64,000 nucleotides of DNA from Somniosus microcephalus (Eukaryota). The notes under the pieces are model-generated. The model had not been told where the DNA came from, ran no database searches, and was given only the letters and a program-made list of their open reading frames with translations. The stretch covers positions 62,124,001 to 62,188,000 of the forward strand of contig CM126202.1 of assembly GCA_052327205.1 (NCBI GenBank). Direction: 5' to 3'. Made by a program: the position numbers and the translations under genes. Each line of letters begins with the position of its first letter. Positions within the stretch are counted from its first letter, which is position 1. Below are positions 40,488 through 50,350 of this stretch, piece after piece.

Positions 40488-40897
40488 GGATGAAAGATGC
40501 CGCGGCTGAATTGCTCGGGCACCGGGAGGCGGTGAAGTGCCGGATGGGGCCCGGGGGCTCAGAGTCGGGCCACCCAGGCGATTGCCCTCCGGGCTCAGAC
40601 ACGGTGGAAGGTGCGACCCTCCTTCCGGGGGAAAGCATCACCTCGGCCGGATCGAACCCGGGAGGAGGAGGCGGCGGCGGCGGCTCGGCCAGCGGCAAAG
40701 ACCCGGACAAACAGCAGCAACAGCAGCAGCAGCAGCAACAGCAACAAAGCCAGCAGAAACAGAAGAGGCACCGGACCCGCTTCACCCCGGCTCAGCTGAA
40801 CGAACTGGAGAGGAGCTTCGCCAAAACCCACTATCCCGACATCTTCATGAGGGAGGAACTGGCTCTGCGCATCGGCCTCACCGAGTCCAGAGTGCAG
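40488..40897 (+). CDS. OTP: OTP coding exon 2 ([18 protein letters not shown]...homeodomain to ESRVQ)
   Basis: ttttcttcaccag| acceptor, |gtaaga donor; contains [46 protein letters not shown], the OTP paired-like homeodomain. Confidence 0.98.
40661..40684 (+). repeat. Coding (GGA)3(GGC)5 repeat encoding Gly8 in OTP
   Basis: ggaggaggaggcggcggcggcggc read directly. Confidence 0.95.
40712..40747 (+). repeat. Coding CAG/CAA repeat encoding Gln12 in OTP
   Basis: cag cag caa cag cag cag cag cag caa cag caa caa, just N-terminal of the homeodomain. Confidence 0.95.
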
Positions 40898-43800
40898 GTA
40901 AGAAAACGCGGCCACATCTCCCGAGAAAGGCAAGCAATCCCTATGGGGTGGAGGGAGGGAGGGGAGGGGAGGGAGGGGGGGGGGTGCAATAAGAACTTAA
41001 ACAATCCCATTTCCAAAATGGGAACGAAAATTGTGTACGAAGTGTGAAATCCTTATTTCCTTAAGCTTAATCCTTAAAGTTACTTTTAACGAGGTTGTAG
41101 TATTCCTATCAAATTCTGGAAAAAGTCAAGGCAATATTTGCAGACTTTGAAACTATTTAATCAGCGTTTGAGTAAAATAACAAGCGACCATGCAATTTCC
41201 AGAACGTAGAACAGAAGAGACGTCAGCAGAATTTGACAAGGTTTCGGGTTATTAACAACCCGTCATCAAGTCAGGATGAAGACTGGCTGCTGAAAGATAG
41301 AAGTTGAAAGGCACCCGGTGTCTGTACAAACACAGCATCAGATTTTGGGGAATTTTTCATTCAGTTTCCAGTTAGACACATAATTCTAACAGCGACGGAG
41401 TCCTCAATAATCTGATACAGGAGGGGATCAGTTTAATAGACTCCCAATGTGTGTATATGTTAAGCTGTGAAATGTATGAAGTTGGTCTTCAGAATGTCCC
41501 TGTTACTACAACAACTATACTTTTTTTAAAAGAAAGAGAACATTAATCTTTTTTAAACCATGAATAATCTTTAAGGAAGTGACAATTGAAACGCACTTAC
41601 ATTGACTTTTCTAAACTTCGATCTCTGGTCGCTCGCCTCTGCAAAGCGGTTAGAATATATTTAGTTTACAATACCATTGTCAGGCGTGGAATTTTAAATA
41701 TTTTCAAAGTTTGCTGAACATTCAAAAATGAAGCGAAATGTTAAACGTTAGAAAGTAAAAATTTGTGTAAAGGTGGAATGCAAAATCTAATCCAAATCAA
41801 AGTAACAAATCGCATAAAATAAAGTTGAAATTTAAGTTCTCAAAACGTAACACTTGTGAAAATATTTTTTAGAATTAGGATGAGCAATAATTATGTACGT
41901 TATAGAAAGTTCTGATTAAATTGTCAGACGGTAGCTTTACAACATAAAATACAAGCAGGGTTCGAGTTCATTAGTGGAATTCGGCATTTTCAGAAGTTGA
42001 AGGAGGTTCTCACTATTCAGTCGGCTTCTAGTTCGAACCGTAAGATTTATGGTTGTGGTGTTAAGAATTACAGATGTGCCCGAAGTCCTGCGCCTCTTAA
42101 AGTAATGCAAGCCAATGAAACTGATCTCCGTGCGGCTGTGAACGGTGACTGCAGAAGGAAACTTTTTTTTAGAGACGTGGGGACTTGTGAGTTTCCGGGT
42201 TCTGACGAAAGGGTTGATCAGTAAATCACCCGGAGCGGCTATCTGTAATTACTGCTGACACTGGCCATTACAACTGCTGGCCAATGATTTAAAATGATAG
42301 CAATTCTAATCTGATGATAAAGCAGATAATGGAAAGTGTAAAGAATTACATTTTAGCTGTTTGCACGGAGAAGGCACCTAATAAGTACGGCGCACGTTTT
42401 GTATTCAAGGTAAATAAACGTGACTCAAAAGTTCTGGCGCCTCTCATTCAGTGAAAAGAAGATTTGCACACCAAATCTTAGCAGAATGCCCACCTTTTAA
42501 TTCCGAATCTTTACAAGTACACAATCCAGAGAGAGCTTAATCCAAACAACCCGAAGCACAGTCAGAAATGACAATAATCAACATTTCGAACAAAGAAACG
42601 GAACGGGTTCAAGTGCACTTTGGCACATCTGGTTTATTACTGGATGACATCTAAATTTTGAACTCAAATCCAAAATGTAGGATTTGAATAAAATTAATTA
42701 TAACAAGACAGAGTTAAATCGGAACGTGCAACATTTGATATAAAAGGTTAGTTCAGATTTGCTGGAACTATAAATAGATCCACGGGCTATTTTCGGTATT
42801 GGGTCTTCAATATTTTACGGTTAGAACTCAGGTCTAAATTAGTGTTAAAATATTACAGCCTTCTAATAAACTTGATGTAAAGCGCCTCACGCCGTTAGAG
42901 CTGAAAGTTAAAAAGACCAAATTAGGGGGCCCTGTTCAAAATAAAAACAGTGTGATTGTACCATACACCTCGCACATAAAGCCAGGGTATAGTTCAGTGT
43001 TCAGTTTTAAATTAATTTTCAATAGTTTGCCTAAGGGATGACAAATTATAATATTAGCCCTGAACATGTGTTTAGTTTTAAGCATTAAGTGAAGGGACGC
43101 CTGTGACTGGTCACAATATGCTTGACTAGTATTTACAGCGAGATTGCCACAGATTACAATTTCCGAATTTGGGTAGACTACTCCGCCGATAGTGATCATG
43201 TTTATTCATTTATTTAGGAAAACATATGGGTTTCATATTTTGGCCGAATTTACACAAAATGTGAACGCATTATTAATGATCAATTCTGTTGAAAGATATT
43301 TGAAAAATATTTCCATTGCATCTTACTGCCAAGATCAATTTTCTCAAACGCGGGACAATTCTTCCGTTTGTTGTGAATTATTATGTGTGGTTTTGCAGAG
43401 GTGTGCTGACCCGTGTTTATATAAACGGTCACTTTCCTTGGTTTAATCTTACGTTGTTGTTGTTTTTCTTTACCTTTTCTTAACGTTTGCCATGAAGTGC
43501 GTTCCTGTCATTTCCCACAAAAGGAGACATTATCTAAAGTTTATTCAATTTCCACAGATAACACATTACAACATAAATCACTTTTCTTTCCAGGAACCCG
43601 ACGAACAAAAGCGAGATACAAACCCAGTCTCTCTTTCTCTCTCTCACACACAAACACACACACACATACATTGTTTCACGTCACACTATTCCTAAGTCAC
43701 TATAAACAAAAAGGGGGATTTATTATCATTTTACATTCATGCCACACGAATATCGAAATTTATTTATTCACTTAAAATATTTCACACGAACAATTATTGG

Positions 43801-46071
43801 CAGCCCGTTTCTGAATCATCTGTCGTCTGAAATGGTTTATTAAATGACAATGTGAAAATAATGCAAATCATGCAATAAAATACAATATCATCAGCATAAT
43901 CATTAGTCTCCAGCATGTATTAATTAGCTTTCAATACTTTATTTACATAAAACCCATATCAGTGAAATAACCGCTGCACAGTGATCCTTGAGATCTCATC
44001 TTTTCTTCCTAATTCTGTGTTTTAATTCTCAGTACAAGCTGCCTCTCTATATTGTAGATATGCAATGCCCCGTCACCTGCCACATCTTAATAGGCGACAA
44101 GTTGAAAGTATTTTCTACTTTTCTAATGGAATGAGAAATTGCATTTTCTCTAACACTATTAAAGTGTAATGAATTTCGCTGGGATTTCACGGCTGGCTGG
44201 CCAGAATGAATCTGTGCTCTGAGCACATCGAGAGCTTCAGATTTCACACAAAATCCCCGCATTAATCATCACAAATATTACAATGAGGTCTTCATAAACC
44301 CAACAGTTTCCTGGAAAATTTAACATTCTAAACACTATTTTCTAAAACGACTTCACATCCGTTAAAAGCGTTGGTATGCCATTCATTAGCTTTTATAAAT
44401 GGAGGTTGAAAGACAAAAAATACCTATAGAACCGCTTTTATCTTAAAAATGTTATCCTAGGCAGCAGTCAGATTGTATTACTTGCAGTTACAGTAGCTGT
44501 TTTTGGTCTGTATCGATCTCTTTTTTTGCACAAAGTACCCTTCTTAACTATAAAGATTTTATTTTAATATAAATGCCTATTTATTTCCCAGACTGTAGCC
44601 AGTACCATTTAACGTATAGATGAATTCTATTATTATTTTCGCCCTCTGTAAGTCTTGATCTTGATTACAACCTGTCGACCATTCTTTCAATACTATTTGC
44701 ATTCTGGTGATAAATAACTGGGCATTATTTATTATACTCATGGTTCTAAATTATTTCACAGCTATTGCAAAATTAACATGAATTAATCTTGCATAATTTG
44801 TACAGTTCATTTTTCTTGCCCATCTTGCATTTTATATTAGATGGAATAGAATCATTCTTATTTTCAAAATCAAGATATAGATAGCTCGTATTTCAATCCC
44901 AGAAGCAGGGTGTCGCCTCACTGAATTCGCCGGATTTTCTAAAGGTTAATGTGTTTAAGACATCCATTTTCTTTAAAAAAAAATCTGCTATTTTAAACGC
45001 CGTTTGCTTCAGTTCTATTTATTGCAACGATGTTCACTTTTGAGTGCATTCCTCTTACTTGCATACCGTCCTTAATGTTGGAAAGTTAAATACAGCCTTT
45101 CTCAAAGACACCATACTCCAAACCCTTCCGACACCTCGAATTACTGCAGGACAGGTTCAACATCGTTTGTGTCCATATTATGTTAAATATCCCGGCTGTT
45201 GCCTCTTTCCGGGTGGAAATTGCAAGATAGAATGACAGTATTGTAATTCAACATCTTTCTAAAGGATATTTATTTTATTTCATCCGGCGTTTAATTGTAT
45301 ATCTATTTGTGCTGAAGTGGAGTTCTATGTACTAACGGAAAATCGATTAATTACAAGGCAACTTTAGAAAGTTCTAAAAGTACACCTAATACATGGTGAA
45401 GGACTCTCCCTTGTGCTTCAACAGGCTCTTCAACCCTTCCCAGATAAACTGATGCGATTACTTCCCCGCCTCCAGAACAACTTTTTTTCCATGTGGTAGA
45501 ATTAATTTGCTCCACTTTAAGTGTTTGACTGCCTAATTGTGTCTTTAACACATGTTTTCACAATTCTTATTTCCCCAGTTGTACCAGATCCAATACCTCT
45601 CCCTCTTTCTCAAGAGGCACATTTTTTTTGCGGGAGTTGATCTCTCCCCTCCCCCCACGTGACAAAAAGAGGTCTCCCCTCCTCCCCCCCCCCTCCCCCG
45701 CCAGATAATAAGAAATGAGGGATTTTTTTCTGGAGATTGGAACATACATTTAGTTCTTATGTCATTCCATAGTTTGGCCCAATCGGTGCAATTGGGCACT
45801 ATCCAGCTCTTGAGCGCGGGCTAAAAGTGAAGGGTGTAGCGTTTGGTTAGGTCAGTTAAAAATTGAGCCCCCTCCCCCTCCCCCAGCCTTGTTTTTCATG
45901 AGCTCCTGTAAAACGAATGAGCAATTCTCCACCAACCTCCCTCATCAGGACTCGCTGGGATCCCATCATCCGATTATGTTAAGAGAATATTCTATAATCT
46001 GTAATGTGGGTTTTGTATTACCCCGGCTGATACTTGCACACTCTCTCTTTGCTCCCAGTTGTCTCACTAGC

Positions 46072-46678
46072 AACAATAATAACAACAACTTATATTTATA
46101 TAGCACCTTTAACGTAGTAAAACGTCCCAAGGCGCTTCACAGGAGTATTTGAAGACAAAGAATTTGACACTGAGCCACATAAGGAGATATTAGGGCAGGT
46201 GATCAAAAGCTTGGTCAAAGAGGTAGGTTTTAAGGAGCGTCTTAAAGGGGGAAAGAGAGGTAGCGAGGCGGACAGATTTAGGCAGGGAATTCCAGAGCTT
46301 AGGGCCTAGACAACAGAAGGCTCGGCCACCAATGGTTGAGCGATTATAATCAGGGATGCTCAAGAGGGCAGAATTAGAGGAGCGCAGATATCGCAGAGGA
46401 TTTTGGGGCTAGGGGAGATTACAGAGATAGGGAGGGGCGAGGCCATGGAGGGAGTTGAAAACAAGGATGAGAATTTTGAAATCGAGGCACTGCTTAACTG
46501 GGAGCCAATGTAGGTCAGCGAGCACAGGGGCGATGGGTGAACAGGACTTGGTGTGAGTTAGGACACGGGCAGCCGAGTTTTGGATGGCCTCAAACTTATG
46601 TAGGGTAGAATGTGGAAGGCCAGCCAGGAGTGCATTGAAATAGTCAAGTCTAGAGATAACAAAGACATGGATGAGGTA
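46072..46678 (-). mobile_element. L2 LINE 3' fragment in OTP intron 2
   Basis: Reverse complement of 4770-5363 with (CAA)n tail; ends about 100 bp upstream of the exon 3 acceptor. Confidence 0.9.
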
Positions 46679-46780
46679 TCACTAAGGACTGATATTGACA
46701 GGATGCATGCCCCTCACTCGTGTTGTGTCATTCTGTTTCATTCCTTTCTGATCACCATCCCCTCTTTGCTCTGCTTTCAG

Positions 46781-47284
46781 GTTTGGTTTCAGAACAGACG
46801 CGCCAAGTGGAAGAAGCGAAAGAAGACCACCAATGTGTTCCGTGCCCCTGGCACGCTGCTGCCGACGCCAGGACTGCCCCAGTTCCCAGGCGCGGGCATG
46901 GGCGACGGCCTTTGCTCGTTCCACGCCAACGATACCCGCTGGGCCACGGCGGGCATGGGGGTCTCGCAGCTGCAGCTGCCCCCAGCCCTGGGCAGGCAGC
47001 AGGCCATGGCTCAGTCTCTGTCCCAGTGCAGCCTCGGAGGGCCACCCAACTCCATGGGTCTTTCCAATAGCCTCGCCAGCGCCAACGGCGGGGGCTTGCA
47101 GTCCCATATCTACCAGCCCACTTTCCCTGGCATGGTGCCCACCTCTCTGGCCGGCCCCAGCAACGTGACGGGCGGCTCGCCGCAGCTCTGCAGCTCCCCG
47201 GACAGCGACGTGTGGCGGGGGACAAGCATCGCCTCCCTGCGCCGCAAAGCACTCGAGCACACAGTCTCCATGAGCTTCACCTAA
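46781..47284 (+). CDS. OTP: OTP coding exon 3 ([15 protein letters not shown]...OAR motif [12 protein letters not shown]...SMSFT*)
   Basis: ctgctttcag| acceptor, phase 0; Q50 homeodomain helix 3 and C-terminal OAR motif; TAA at 47282-47284. Spliced CDS is 37+410+504 = 951 nt, 316 aa. Confidence 0.98.
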   Translation, partial: VWFQNRRAKWKKRKKTTNVFRAPGTLLPTPGLPQFPGAGMGDGLCSFHANDTRWATAGMGVSQLQLPPALGRQQAMAQSLSQCSLGGPPNSMGLSNSLASANGGGLQSHIYQPTFPGMVPTSLAGPSNVTGGSPQLCSSPDSDVWRGTSIASLRRKALEHTVSMSFT

Positions 47285-47777
47285 TGCAGCTCCCCCCTTC
47301 TCGCCAGCAGCCAGGGAGCCGACTCAGGATTTGAAATACATCCTTCAGTACCCACACGCGAATAGGAGGTGGGAGGGAGAGGGAGGGTGGTTGGTCAAAC
47401 TCTAAAATACTAATATGTAAAGAACACACTAGAGGCACCAGGGACAAAGCGAACACAACATGGACTCAACTTCAAGAACTCTGATCAATGGCGGTGATCT
47501 GGAACTCTGAGCTGCCTCATCTTTCTGAATTACATTTCCAGATCACTAGACTTGACCTGTTGCAATAACACGTTAAATCACACAAAGAAGGAGCTCTGAC
47601 CAACTTTAGGGGATCTTTTTATTTGCTTTGAATTTCTGCACATTTTTATTCTTAATATATATATATAATTAATATATAATTAGCGGGCAGGGTTCACCAA
47701 CCCGGTCTTCTTACATTTCCATGCACTTCGCGGCCATTGCCGATGCGTCATTCTCCGATTTCCTGACTATTCTTGTC

Positions 47778-47956
47778 TAAGACATAGGAACAGGAGTAGG
47801 CCATTCAGCCCCTCGAGTCTGTTCCGCCATTCAATGAGATCTTGGCTGATCTGTACCTCAACTCCATTCACCCGCCTTGGTTCCATATCCCTTGATACCC
47901 TTACCCAACAAAAAAAATCTATCTCATTTATGAAAATTTCAATTGACCTAGACTCA
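47778..47956 (-). mobile_element. CR1 3' tail in the probable OTP 3' UTR
   Basis: cataggaacaggagtaggccattcagcccctcgagtctgttccgccattcaatgagatc, same family as 26643. Confidence 0.85.
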
Positions 47957-48591
47957 AGACCCTCGATTACATAAATAAAGAGGCTGGACGGTCAATGTAT
48001 CGGTGATATTGGCCCATACAGTGTTGCCTCTGTATCTTGAACAATTGGCTGGACAAATGCCTTTTGATTTGCAATGCAGCGAGGATCTTTTTTTCGCCGT
48101 AGAGATCACACAGAAGCATACTCTAGTCTTGCACTTCAGCGGCCAGGTTAAGACGAGGGGACACTGCAAGAACAGGTATTGACTAATCGTATTTTCTCAA
48201 TGCACTATGTTCAAGCCTTCGGGAGGCTTGTTTCTCCTTGGTCGTAGCTCATGATTTGGGTGATTTTCTTTTTTTTTTTGGTTTTAAAATATAAGAAATT
48301 CTTCAGTCAAAAAAAAATGCCACCTGCACAGCATGCAGAGGGGGAGGTTATCAGCATGCGATGTGCACGTGAGTATTTCGAACCCTGGAACCACATAACC
48401 CACAACCTACACCTTCGCCTGCATGAACTGGTCAGAATCAACCATCGGGCGGAAGCCTCATGTGAACAAAATGATCAAAGCTGTGATATAGGATGTTTTT
48501 TGTGTAGAATAACCATTCTGGTTATACATTGGTCAATTTGTGATATGTTTTAACTTACTGTCTGTGCTTATTTATTGAACATAGATTTCCT

Positions 48592-49217
48592 AATAAATGT
48601 TTGATCTGTTATTGAATATTATTTTTTTGCGCTAAGTTAAAAATTATTCATTGTAAACAAAAAAAACCTTGCATTTTGAATATGTAATATACAATATTCT
48701 CTTCACATTTTCGGAGTGTGTGATCTTGGCTTAACATTCCCTTTCTGAGAACACGCGATTATCCTCTGTGCCTTTTTAACTGTCAGCTGCAGTTCCGAAT
48801 CTATAAGGCACTGTATGCTGTTTAAATAAAGTGTTAGAACTAGCAAAGCTATCGCAGTTATGTTTATTATCAAACGACCACAAATTGATACGTGGCAATT
48901 CATAACTGTTAAAAATTCCACGCACTGGTTAATTGTTGCCTAGGCTTTCAACGTACTAAATATTAATTGTAAAAATGACACAGTTAAAAGAGCACAGAAG
49001 TATAAGAATGTCTTTTCTGTTACTCACTGCCCAATTTAGCAACTAAGTGATGGTTATTATTTTCAAATGTTTTTAATACACAATGTGTATTAAACCTGTA
49101 ACGGAATTTATATGAAAAGCTCTATGATTTCATGTACAGTTATTTGTATTTAGAGACGTCAGAAGCGTTAAAAAGTGAAACTCGATCTGTGGAAATTCAA
49201 TAAATGAATTGAATAAA
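48592..49217 (+). terminator. Candidate OTP polyadenylation signals
   Basis: AATAAA at 48592, 48825, 49199 and 49212 (also 47974); which is used cannot be determined from sequence. Confidence 0.45.
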
Positions 49218-49983
49218 AACAAATGCAATGCATTGCAGGAAAACAAAGTTTCGACGTTACAGTTTTTGCACAACCTTTTCACCTGTGTTTCACCAACAAG
49301 TGACGAGAGCAGAACATCAAAGCAGGCGGATTGTTACCTCAGCATATCGTTACAGGAGGCAAAAATGTGTTTTTTTAAAAGTCTTCTATAACGGGGAGAA
49401 TTCAGTAAAGCTCCAGATCATAGAAAGCATGTGAAGTTAGTTTTTGCAAAGAATGGGTAACCAACATACTACATCAAAATGAAACCAATAGTAAGTGAGC
49501 GGGGTGCTGTTTAGGAGCAAGGGTACTTTTTTTACATTCGCTGCTTTCAAACGCATCGGAACATTGTACCTATCAGTTTCTTTGCACTTTTAGTTTTCGA
49601 CCTAGTCTTGTGTATCTTTGCAGCCTTCTGAAGATTTTGCACGTATTGTCTTCAAATAAGTTTTGAATGCTGAAGTGTCAAGTTTTATATGTCCATTAAT
49701 AAAGACGGCAGCTGACCTTTGTAGTACTACTCATTTGATGTCTCTCCAGTTACCTACACGCAACACCGAGGCAGATTTTAACTTGCAACACAGGTGGATG
49801 TTTTGATCGATTGCTAATGGGTTTCAATCCGCATATTATATGCAAGACATTGCACAGCAGATGCTGCGGTGGCATTATCGAGGAGTTCAGGTCGAAGAAG
49901 ATCTATAGTTTATCTTTTGGGGATTAGTGGACCATTAGTTGATAAGGGGCCGAAATAAGAATTGACGCACCAATTGAAAAAAA

Positions 49984-50350
49984 AATTCTGACGAAGTGTC
50001 ACAGACCTGAGACGCTAACTCTGTTTCTCTCTCCACGATGCTGCTTGACCTGCTGAGTGTTTTCAGCATTTTCTGCTGTTACTTCAGATTTCCAGCATCC
50101 GCAGTATTTTGCTATTGAATTGGGGGGGGGGGGGGGGGGAAATCCCAGCATAACATGGACAAATTCGAAAACAAAGGCAAAATACTGAGGGATGCTGGAA
50201 ATCCGAAATAAAAGCAGAAAGTGCTGGAAACACTCAGCAGGTCAGGCAGCATCTGTGGAGACAGAAACTGAGTTAACGTTTCAGGTCGATGACCTTTCAT
50301 CAGAACTGGAAGATGTTAGAGATAGACAGTTTTAAGCAAGTACAGAGCCA
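49984..50350. mobile_element. Tail-to-tail inverted pair of Penelope-like element terminal repeats
   Basis: 49984-50113 (+) is the reverse complement of about 50176-50307; both begin with a CTGAYGA...GARAC hammerhead-like motif. Confidence 0.8.
50271..50307 (-). ncRNA. Minimal type I hammerhead ribozyme motif
   Basis: Minus strand AGTT-CTGATGA-A-AGGTC-ATC-GACCT-GAAA-CGTT-AACT: intact catalytic core, 5-bp stem II, 4-bp stem I, palindromic ACGT stem III. Confidence 0.7.

Noticed and set aside
40375-40992. Antisense and alternate-frame ORFs with poly-Cys/Leu/Ala
   Set aside because: Shadows of the GC-rich OTP exon and its CAG/GGC repeats.
40472-41047. 191-aa ORF as a complete gene
   Set aside because: It is OTP exon 2 plus intron read-through; the real start is in exon 1 at 40115.
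42200-42240. CTGACGA followed by a GGGTTGAT/ATCACCC hairpin, hammerhead-like
   Set aside because: Followed by GGAGC rather than GAAAC, with no convincing stem I or III; probably coincidental.
46610-46780. N-terminal part of the 224-aa ORF
   Set aside because: Derived from L2 and intron sequence upstream of the canonical acceptor at 46780.
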